Part shown: one piece after another, positions 17,301 through 23,841 of the stretch
How the letters are laid out: each line of letters starts with the position of its first letter
Numbering within the stretch: position 1 is the stretch's first letter
Made by a program: the position numbers and the translations under genes
DNA from: Candidatus Parabacteroides intestinavium
Lineage (GTDB): Bacteria > Bacteroidota > Bacteroidia > Bacteroidales > Tannerellaceae
NCBI GenBank assembly: GCA_019118725.1
Contig: DWYO01000326.1
Coordinates: 1-35,506 of the forward strand
Length of the DNA stretch: 35,506 nucleotides
Reading direction: 5' to 3'
The notes under the pieces: model-generated
Told to the model about the DNA's origin: nothing
The model's database searches: none
What the model saw: only the letters and a program-made list of their open reading frames with translations

Positions 17301-18638
17301 GAAAGCGTCAACAGAATTGCTGGTTGTTCCATTCCACATCGTTGACATTGCAGATTGAACATCCTTGTCTGTAATCATAGAACGAATGAATCGTTTCTCT
17401 TCCTTAATAGCATTCTGTTTGTCAGCTTCAGTGTTGAGTTCTTTTATTTTCTGCTCGGCCTCTCCTATTTCAATAAACAAATCTTCCATCATTTGCGCAT
17501 AGTGCATATACAGAGCATTTTTCCCCGCATAGTCTTTTTGCAAATTTTCGATTTTTTCCTTATCTTCATCTGAAATGTCAGAATAAGAATTAATCTGTTC
17601 TGTCAAACTTTGAATATGCTGATTATGAGCTGGAATTACTTCAAAAATACTCCAAGAATATTCACTCTTGGCTTCAACTAAATTGGCTTGATTGTCTACG
17701 ATGGCTTGCTCTACCTTGTTTTTTTCTTTGTAGAAATTTCCCACAATTTCATTCTGCGTGTAGAATGCATCTGTTGCAGCAACTTTTCTTTCTTGAGCTT
17801 TATTCCAAGCAGCTTTTGCTTCATCTCTTTGAGCTACTGCATCGTTGTATTCTCCATAAGACAATGTATTCTTACCAACTGGATTAACAGCTCTATATGG
17901 AGTTTCATCCCATAAGTTTGCAGATGTTGTACCTTGTTCGAAAGTCAATTCAAACTTATCGCGCAACTCATCGTTGGTCTGCAACATGCTGTTCAAATCG
18001 TGTCTGTTCAGCCATACCGGACCGGCAACAACCGGTTTAATACGCAAGTCGCTGACTTTGGACTGAACGTCTTTTGTTGCATACTTAACAGCAGCAACTG
18101 AACCGTCAGCCAGCGGTATCATTGTCATAACGGAGTCTGTTGTGATATAGGCTTCCGGAGTTCTTGCGATAGCTAAATTAGAGCCACTCTCACTACGCAT
18201 CCAAGACCAAGCTGCGGCATTACCACCTAAAAGTGAACCGGTGAAATTACCTTTTAAATAATCTTGTGCCTTAGCCGGATCAAAAGACAAAGGCAAATTG
18301 TAAGCTAAGTTTACAAATTTGAACGCTACACCGTTTTCGTTGTTTGACTTAACTTGTTCAACAAACCACAATGATTCGCCTAAATCTGCTTGATAATAAG
18401 GAACTAATTTTAGACGATAATTAGTTACACCTTCGCCAGTCCGGAATTTTTCCATTACCAATACATGGCGACCATCAGACAGCTGATAAGCACGACCATC
18501 AGTTACTTTGTCTACTGTTTCCCAAAAAGCAGGAGCAGATGCTTTACTGACATCTTCAGCCCAAGTCTGAGCAGAAACAGTATTCAATGAACCTGCGAGC
18601 AGGAAGCCCGCACAAAGCGTAAGTACTTTTTTGTTCAT
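14310..18638 (-). CDS. Large DUF6383-type surface (S-layer-like) glycoprotein with coiled-coil insert
   Basis: MNKK signal peptide; C-terminal PTANEEI..VSVVATDGAVIVKGAEGKNVVVSTILG..PAGIVVVSVDGESFKVAVK domain; NLWENKYTRLAF and WLKVQNGVPV family motifs; ten D(S/T)(A/L/V/T) sequons. Confidence 0.85.
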   Translation of the reverse strand: MNKKVLTLCAGFLLAGSLNTVSAQTWAEDVSKASAPAFWETVDKVTDGRAYQLSDGRHVLVMEKFRTGEGVTNYRLKLVPYYQADLGESLWFVEQVKSNNENGVAFKFVNLAYNLPLSFDPAKAQDYLKGNFTGSLLGGNAAAWSWMRSESGSNLAIARTPEAYITTDSVMTMIPLADGSVAAVKYATKDVQSKVSDLRIKPVVAGPVWLNRHDLNSMLQTNDELRDKFELTFEQGTTSANLWDETPYRAVNPVGKNTLSYGEYNDAVAQRDEAKAAWNKAQERKVAATDAFYTQNEIVGNFYKEKNKVEQAIVDNQANLVEAKSEYSWSIFEVIPAHNQHIQSLTEQINSYSDISDEDKEKIENLQKDYAGKNALYMHYAQMMEDLFIEIGEAEQKIKELNTEADKQNAIKEEKRFIRSMITDKDVQSAMSTMWNGTTSNSVDAFITWFENDANAASMDVLFAGYTDEDVQKLIDFLKELSAANHGSETISFDGGATSNIAITTLYNEITEAKNAETAANAEIKAQTDLITEKDAEAQDAGNKANEFLNEAHQIYYQIKEAQKVQTSHSADLAELQKQREYWEGELAKAEAVKDENLAKVVDLTNKNLELYGQLEDINVSIADSEVANTRAYYAMLRARSYEAWTFNIYDNWYRFCNKLEKEKTPHWLSLQAEDGRYLMVDTAYVTDNAGDQNLAFALAKHDKDFEDAANPMNARDINGRFNFRFLYYPTQDSLRIEADGFNRKNVTTKWWADRTDSEISWRSSYVPGYERNLVKVDVLGNQRDVTIGNSENLKGTNLYTINDRIGFNITYKAPQYAESGLYYMDVEASKDSQRNNARLMVDLDGDLTLIAPADTAKMAFAHMPAAKWVVDTKPTEFGGIPNIYNQETGNRLNNGNYTVTTNEAGETVIRVSFNYQGANILENYTLTPAPSTTLGYYAVEPDVRELFTLNYLNVGGNLNVTVGDNTIANDTVLAVTNGDAVKFELNRVAIEKYGLPYGTDTLKRGIYTINVNDPNKLALKNKFVQVSNVGGTEMMVVAEPQTASLFYLKEVNDANDAHYYALIEVDQQVKLVDGKYVDVYVQGDKKAGVVDATGLIKAEDITAETRTSAFALIADTTRYYREFTAEELGENYNMKFYRTSSTEKEYLYAGAAEKGMTFLAVEGKGDNAGTAAELTVIPTTEEGVLMPQYFIARNVTEKAGSVDWCGEEHEALADSLACPHTTVIPDTLVGEFLVNLKIDDKLNENNLWENKYTRLAFLKGFAVKPEGTMPGEGQYTTLIIGEDTVAFDENKHNPAKFEFRLINDDPAQNFLIESESWKNNDAFAGGERPMVKGGWLKVQNGVPVIVADDFEYASQADVYNVDTNYVPTANEEISANTAVSVVATDGAVIVKGAEGKNVVVSTILGKVVANEVLNSDNETIAAPAGIVVVSVDGESFKVAVK

Positions 18639-19022
18639 AACTTGAAAATTTAATTGTTAATAAAATGATAAATAGTTAACTTCTACTTCTACAATCAATT
18701 TCACGAAGAGTTGAAACAACTCCCCGCGCAGTTATGAACAAGCATAAAAAAAACGCGGGCTCATTGTCTATTACTTAACCGGAGGTTCTGGAAAAACCCG
18801 TCAAACAATAATAGAACAAAGCCCGCGCTTGTACGGTATAACACAGTTCACCTATATTTCTATAGGCAACCTCACATAGTCCATACCAAGCGCAAGCATT
18901 TACTGTCCATTATTCCGTTTGACTAAAAATTTTCCAGATTTCCGATCAGGAATAATCTTCGTAAAATGCTTACAATAAATATATAGATTCCCAAAACACG
19001 AAACGCTATTCGTTGCGGAATC
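18631..19022 (-). promoter_or_regulatory. Long structured 5' leader; putative attenuator / translational switch
   Basis: Hairpins at 18986-19022, 18894-18971, 18825-18893 and 18754-18827 plus U8 (18746-18753); complementary loops; 12-bp inverted repeat covering the start codon. Confidence 0.75.
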
Positions 19023-19026
19023 ACTG

Positions 19027-19057
19027 CAAAGGTAAGGAGGAAAAATGAATATGCAAG
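19027..19057 (-). promoter_or_regulatory. Bacteroidetes primary-sigma promoter of the surface-protein gene
   Basis: Minus strand CTTG-N19-TACCTTTG(CA). Confidence 0.75.
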
Positions 19058-19100
19058 AAAAAAGGGATAATTTTTTCCAAATATAGGGGTTTTCTATACG

Positions 19101-19136
19101 AAAGGCATAGATTTGTGGGTCGAAATCTATGCCTTT
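19101..19136 (-). terminator. Intrinsic terminator after the glycosidase gene
   Basis: Perfect 14-bp arms AAAGGCATAGATTT / AAATCTATGCCTTT, 31 bp past the stop. Confidence 0.75.
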
Positions 19137-19167
19137 GCTTTAGGTAAAGAACCGAAACGTATATCCT

Positions 19168-20799
19168 CTATTTTTGGAAGATTTCCGGATAACGCTGGAT
19201 AAAATAGATTGGCGTGCAGCTCCATGCATGGCAATAGCTGTTTATGGGCGCAAAGTTGTAAGGGGAAAGGAAATCGTCCTTCGGATCATAAGCTTCCCAG
19301 AAAGTATCGGCCCCTTTCTTGACCATACCTCCCCAATAGTCGATAAGAAGTTGACGCGCTTCCGCTTTCATCTCGCATTGAATCATCGCCTCTACCAGAT
19401 AATGATAGGCGTAGGGAGTACCGGGATAGACCGCATCGGGCATTGCCATCACCTGCTTCAGGGCTTTCTGGCCCTCTGCCGGAGAAATCACGCTCCCTAA
19501 AATCATCCAGATTTGGGACATATATGAAACCTGTTTGTCGGGACCGCTCACAAAATAGCCCTTCTTCTGGTCATAGAGCTGTTTTCGGGCCGCTTTCTTG
19601 ATCTGCTTGGCAAGAGCCGGCCACTCTTTCGCTTCATCCTCTTTGCCTAAAAGTTGCGCCAGTTCGTAGCTTTTGTTTAGGGCGAAGACAAATAATCCCT
19701 GCATCGGGGCGTAGGTGTTTAACCCGGCACGCCAATCGAAGAAGAGCCACAGGGGTGTTTTCTTTTGTGGATTATACAGGTGAGTCTCATCGATATAGTT
19801 GGCTGCCAGCTTGATTTGGTTCACAACGACCGGCCAGAGATCCAGAGCAGTCTCCTTATCTCCCGTAGATTTCAAGTATTCCAGCAGGGCTACATTATAC
19901 AATAAGCTATAATCCTGGCAGATCGTCCCATATTGAGGATGAGGGGTCGGCTTCTCGAATACATTCGCATGCAGTTGCCCGTCTTCTGCGGCTAATGCGG
20001 CCAACAGGTACAAGCACCGCTTGGTCAAATCGAACTGCTTAAAAGATTGGGCATTCGCGATAGACTCCAGATATAAGTCTCCGATCCATAGGCGCTGATC
20101 CCGTTTCGGGCCGTCCTCATATACCGTTTGCATACATTCCCGCAACGTCTCGATGCTTACCCGGTTTATATCCCGGATAATGGCCGGGGTTGTTTCCGCC
20201 AGTTCTATTTGTACTTCCGGAGCCGACGAGAGAGCCGTAAAATAGGTGTCAGACATTGCGAACTGGAATCCCGGCGAGTCTCCCAACACTTCGATTTTCA
20301 CATACCGGCAGGCCAGACGCCGTTCGATGGTTACGGGTTTGTCTATGTAGGGCAAGGTGATGATTTCATCCTGCAACCAGGCTCTTCCCAAACCACCCGG
20401 GTAGGGGTCGAATGGGGTATTCAACTCGACCGGCATTTCCGCGAAGGTGAATTTGATACGCACCGGCGCATCTTGTGCCCGTTCCAGGGTAGAGAGCGTA
20501 AACGTATAATAACCGGTTATATGTTTGCCGAAATCGAGGATGTAAGAATCACCTCGTTTTAGAGGTGTTTTGTAAAAAGCATCCAGTCCGGGGATGTTTT
20601 CCATACGCCAGTCCTGGTAGGCATTCGGATCGGCTACCGATTTAACCAGACTTACAGGGCGTATTATCGTTTCATGCAACTGGGGCGTTGCCGCTTCGGC
20701 CTTTTTCAGCCATTCTTGGCGTTGGGTCTGATAAACATCCGCCCACACCAGGCTGCTTGCGCATAAAAGTCCGACAAGGAGAAGAGCTATCTTTTTCAT
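19168..20799 (-). CDS. Exported GH78-like (alpha-L-rhamnosidase-related) six-hairpin glycosidase
   Basis: Signal peptide; ILDFG, DGPKRDQRLWIGD, FFDW, GADTFWE and SYCHAWS motifs. Confidence 0.85.
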   Translation of the reverse strand: MKKIALLLVGLLCASSLVWADVYQTQRQEWLKKAEAATPQLHETIIRPVSLVKSVADPNAYQDWRMENIPGLDAFYKTPLKRGDSYILDFGKHITGYYTFTLSTLERAQDAPVRIKFTFAEMPVELNTPFDPYPGGLGRAWLQDEIITLPYIDKPVTIERRLACRYVKIEVLGDSPGFQFAMSDTYFTALSSAPEVQIELAETTPAIIRDINRVSIETLRECMQTVYEDGPKRDQRLWIGDLYLESIANAQSFKQFDLTKRCLYLLAALAAEDGQLHANVFEKPTPHPQYGTICQDYSLLYNVALLEYLKSTGDKETALDLWPVVVNQIKLAANYIDETHLYNPQKKTPLWLFFDWRAGLNTYAPMQGLFVFALNKSYELAQLLGKEDEAKEWPALAKQIKKAARKQLYDQKKGYFVSGPDKQVSYMSQIWMILGSVISPAEGQKALKQVMAMPDAVYPGTPYAYHYLVEAMIQCEMKAEARQLLIDYWGGMVKKGADTFWEAYDPKDDFLSPYNFAPINSYCHAWSCTPIYFIQRYPEIFQK

Positions 20800-20817
20800 G
20801 GGATGATTTTTAGGAGA

Positions 20818-20865
20818 AGTTAGTAGTTGGTAGTTAGTAGAATCCTAACTACCAACACCTAACTA
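20818..20865. repeat. Inverted 7-bp tandem repeats
   Basis: AGTTAGT-AGTTGGT-AGTTAGT-AG facing CTAACT-ACCAAC-ACCTAACTA. Confidence 0.65.
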
Positions 20866-20870
20866 TTCAT

Positions 20871-21602
20871 TTACAACACTTGTACACCTTCTTCACGATT
20901 CTGGTCATCAGCCGAAGGAGTGATCAGCTTATAACCTTTACCATGGATATTGATGATTTCGATACCCGGATCGTCCTTCAATAATTTACGCAATTTGGTG
21001 ATGTACACATCCATGCTGCGTGCGTTGAAGTAATTATCGTCTACCCAGATAGTTTTCAAGGCGTAATTGCGTTCCAGGATCTCGTTGGCATGAGCGCACA
21101 AGAGGCTCAGCAATTCACACTCTTTGGTGGTCAGCTTCGTCACCTTCTCGCCAATAGTCAACGTCTGTTTCTGTGTATCGAAAAAGAAATTTCCTAACTT
21201 GTAGAAAGGAATATCTTTCATCTTCTTACCCTTTACACGGCGTAAGATAGCCTCGATGCGGAGTAATAATTCCTCCATGCTGAAAGGCTTGGTCAGATAA
21301 TCGTCTGCACCGATCTTGAATCCTTCCAGAATGTCCTCCTTCATGGTCTTAGCCGTAAGGAAGATGATAGGGATATCCGGGTTAATCGAGCGGATTTCTT
21401 GAGCCAATGTGAAACCGTCTTTCTTCGGCATCATCACATCCAGAACGCACAGGTCATATTTGGTCTTTGTAAAACCCTTGTAACCAGCTTCTCCATCAGC
21501 GAACAAGTCGGTAATATACCCTTTTGCCTGTAAGTATTCCCTTAAAAGCATTCCTAAATTCTCATCGTCTTCACAAAAGAAGATTTTAATTTTTTCTTCC
21601 AT
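20871..21602 (-). CDS. rprY: OmpR-family response regulator RprY
   Basis: CEDDENLGMLLREYL, LDVMMPKKDG, GADDYLTKPF, NYFNARSMDVYITKLRK, HGKGYKL. Confidence 0.92.
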   Translation of the reverse strand: MEEKIKIFFCEDDENLGMLLREYLQAKGYITDLFADGEAGYKGFTKTKYDLCVLDVMMPKKDGFTLAQEIRSINPDIPIIFLTAKTMKEDILEGFKIGADDYLTKPFSMEELLLRIEAILRRVKGKKMKDIPFYKLGNFFFDTQKQTLTIGEKVTKLTTKECELLSLLCAHANEILERNYALKTIWVDDNYFNARSMDVYITKLRKLLKDDPGIEIINIHGKGYKLITPSADDQNREEGVQVL

Positions 21603-21604
21603 AA

Positions 21605-23110
21605 CTAACTTTTTATAAGAGGTAAAGTAATAATAAATTTCGTTCCTATGTTGTTTGAGTTCTGTTCTGCGCGAATCGAGCCTTTGTGGTCTTCTATAAT
21701 CTTACGCACATAGGCCAGGCCCAGTCCGAACCCTTTCACATCATGCTTGTTGCCCGTCGGCACCCGGAAGAAGCGGTCGAACACCTTCTTCAGGTATTCC
21801 TTCTTGATACCGATACCGTTGTCTTCTACCGAGATTTGCAATTTCCCGTTCTCGTTCCACGTGCGCACCATCAACGCCAAAGGCACTTCAGGGCGCCGGT
21901 ATTTCACCGCATTGTCCAGCAGATTGAACAAGACATTGGTAATGTGCATTTCATCTACATAAATGGTAGAATCCAGAGCTCCTAAATCAATATCTAACGT
22001 ACCGCCATATTTCTCGACCTTCAGGGCGAAGGTGTTGGCCACCGAGATGACCAAATCGTTCGCGTCCAGCTCCTTTAGCTTCAAGGTCGCTTTCTGGCGT
22101 TCGAACAAAGACATCTGCAATACCTTTTCTACCAGGAATCCCAGGCGTTTGGTCTCGTCATTGATTACCCCTGAGATATGCTTGAACACATCCGGGCTTT
22201 TGGTAATGTCTGAATCCTTCAGCATCTGGGCGGCCAGGGATATGGTAGAGACCGGCGTCTTCAGTTCGTGTGTCATGTTATTGATAAAATCATTTTTCAT
22301 CTCCGACAGACGCTTCTGGCGGAACACAATGTAGATGGTGAAGATGAATGTCACCAACAAAATGAATGAAAAGATGACCGATGGCGCGATAAACGTGACA
22401 GAATCCGAAATATAATCACCCTTTGTCGGGAAATATACCTTCAGATAGTTCTGCTTTGAGGGCGGGTCGTTCGGAAATAACACCTGCGTGATGATGTCTG
22501 AAGCCAAAGGCTCACCCTCAATCTTGCCACTCCGGTACACCTCGTTCCCGTCTTTGTTTATGACGGAGAAAACGTACGGGAGGTTTAGCCCGCTATTTAT
22601 AAATTCATTCTTCAAATAGCCATTCAATTTCTTGAAATCAATTCTCTCTTGAATCGGCTTCAAGTTGGCGGTATATAATATATTGTATATGACCTCGTCG
22701 ATCAGCCCCCCTTGGTATTGATAGCGTTGCCTGAGCGTTTTCTGTAAATCCCGCGAGGTGTTGGCGATCGAGTTGGTCTGCCGGTTGCTCAATGCAGACC
22801 GGGGCTGGAACTTCTGGCTGCTAAAGCTCTGTAATTCGATTTGCTGCACGCCTCCGTTCGAATCGGTGATAATCACGTTCTGGTACAGGAAGCTGTTCTG
22901 GTCCCGGTTTATATCGTCTTCCAGATATTGCCGGGTCTCATCCAGTTCCAGGGTCTTTGAAACCTGATGCAAACATTGTTTTACCGTCTCGTCAAATTGC
23001 TCGCTACGTGTTTTTAAGATGATGTTTACATAATTAATCTGTAAATACAGAAGTCCTGTAAACGCAAATGCCATCACTACCGCAAGCAACCAAATAGTCG
23101 ATTTCTTCAT
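21605..23110 (-). CDS. rprX: Sensor histidine kinase RprX
   Basis: Two TM segments, H-box FINNMTHELKTP, N-box NLLDNAVKY, DNGIGI, GFGLGL; immediately upstream of rprY. Confidence 0.9.
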   Translation of the reverse strand: MKKSTIWLLAVVMAFAFTGLLYLQINYVNIILKTRSEQFDETVKQCLHQVSKTLELDETRQYLEDDINRDQNSFLYQNVIITDSNGGVQQIELQSFSSQKFQPRSALSNRQTNSIANTSRDLQKTLRQRYQYQGGLIDEVIYNILYTANLKPIQERIDFKKLNGYLKNEFINSGLNLPYVFSVINKDGNEVYRSGKIEGEPLASDIITQVLFPNDPPSKQNYLKVYFPTKGDYISDSVTFIAPSVIFSFILLVTFIFTIYIVFRQKRLSEMKNDFINNMTHELKTPVSTISLAAQMLKDSDITKSPDVFKHISGVINDETKRLGFLVEKVLQMSLFERQKATLKLKELDANDLVISVANTFALKVEKYGGTLDIDLGALDSTIYVDEMHITNVLFNLLDNAVKYRRPEVPLALMVRTWNENGKLQISVEDNGIGIKKEYLKKVFDRFFRVPTGNKHDVKGFGLGLAYVRKIIEDHKGSIRAEQNSNNIGTKFIITLPLIKS

Positions 23111-23339
23111 CTTCTTTTTTCTCCCCTATTACTAAACAACAAATAACGTGTGTTTTGTATAAATAATCGCACAAAAAATGTAAAAACAACGCGTTTTAAT
23201 TGTTAATAATACTTGGCAACTTCGCATTTTGTTTTCATTTCTCTTTATTTTCGACAAATGATTCAATTTTTAAGATAAACAAATCCCCGGACGGGATTGT
23301 TCACGGGCAAACAGGTTTTATTTTACCTTTTCAAAAAAG

Positions 23340-23416
23340 ATAGGCATAAACACCGGCGAACATAGGCATGAACGCGAACGAACATAGGCATAAACGGAAA
23401 CGAATATAGGCATGAA
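23340..23416. repeat. 3.5 tandem copies of a 22-bp unit
   Basis: ATAGGCATRAAC-N5-CGAAY starting at 23340, 23362, 23384, 23406. Confidence 0.9.
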
Positions 23417-23421
23417 TTTTT

Positions 23422-23455
23422 AGAAGCTGTTTGGAATAAATTTCAAACAGCTTCT
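23422..23455 (-). terminator. Hairpin after the TPR gene, likely terminator
   Basis: AGAAGCTGTTTGGAA / TTTCAAACAGCTTCT arms, 15 bp past the stop. Confidence 0.65.
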
Positions 23456-23470
23456 TAGCGATGTGACTTC

Positions 23471-23734
23471 TTATTGATTATACATTTCCTTATAATAAAA
23501 ATCCAGGATATCCATCAACATGTCGTAAGCCTTTTGGGCGGGGCTTTCCGGGTTCCGGTGAATCGCTTCCAGGTAATTATTCAACGCCAGACGGTTGTCC
23601 CCTTTCTTGCGCCAGGCGTTTCCCAGCAGGTAATAGGCCTCATCCGATTCGGGGTTCTCTTGCAGGTACTCCGTGAGCTGGCAGATCGCCTTGTCTACTT
23701 CGCCTTGGTATAATAACTTTTTGATTTCGTCCAT
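23471..23734 (-). CDS. Small tetratricopeptide-repeat protein
   Basis: EAYYLLGNAWRKKGDNRLALNNYLEAIHRNPESPA TPR consensus. Confidence 0.85.
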   Translation of the reverse strand: MDEIKKLLYQGEVDKAICQLTEYLQENPESDEAYYLLGNAWRKKGDNRLALNNYLEAIHRNPESPAQKAYDMLMDILDFYYKEMYNQ

Positions 23735-23749
23735 AATTCATGTATTTAT

Positions 23750-23814
23750 GTACAAATGTACGAAAAGAAAAGATTCGATTTGGATATTTTGAAGATATTC
23801 TCGTACATTTGCAC
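23750..23814. promoter_or_regulatory. Divergent promoters for the TPR gene and topA
   Basis: TACATTTG on both strands (23753-23760 minus, 23804-23811 plus); plus-strand TTTG at 23779-23782 with a 21-bp spacer. Confidence 0.7.
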
Positions 23815-23841
23815 CCGATTTCTAATTTGGAAGGAGCAAAT

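Noticed and set aside
18852-18910. Leader-peptide uORFs (MDSKCLRLVWTM; MLALGMDYVRLPIEI)
   Set aside because: No regulatory codon runs and no A-rich initiation context; cannot be supported without ribosome profiling
18776-19136. Invertible promoter for the surface-protein gene
   Set aside because: No inverted repeats flank the promoter; the repeats found are downstream, gapped and G-U-biased (RNA-like); no recombinase gene nearby
23340-23416. Possible mini-CRISPR array
   Set aside because: Variable parts are only 5 nt, the period is 22 bp, and there are no cas genes in the window
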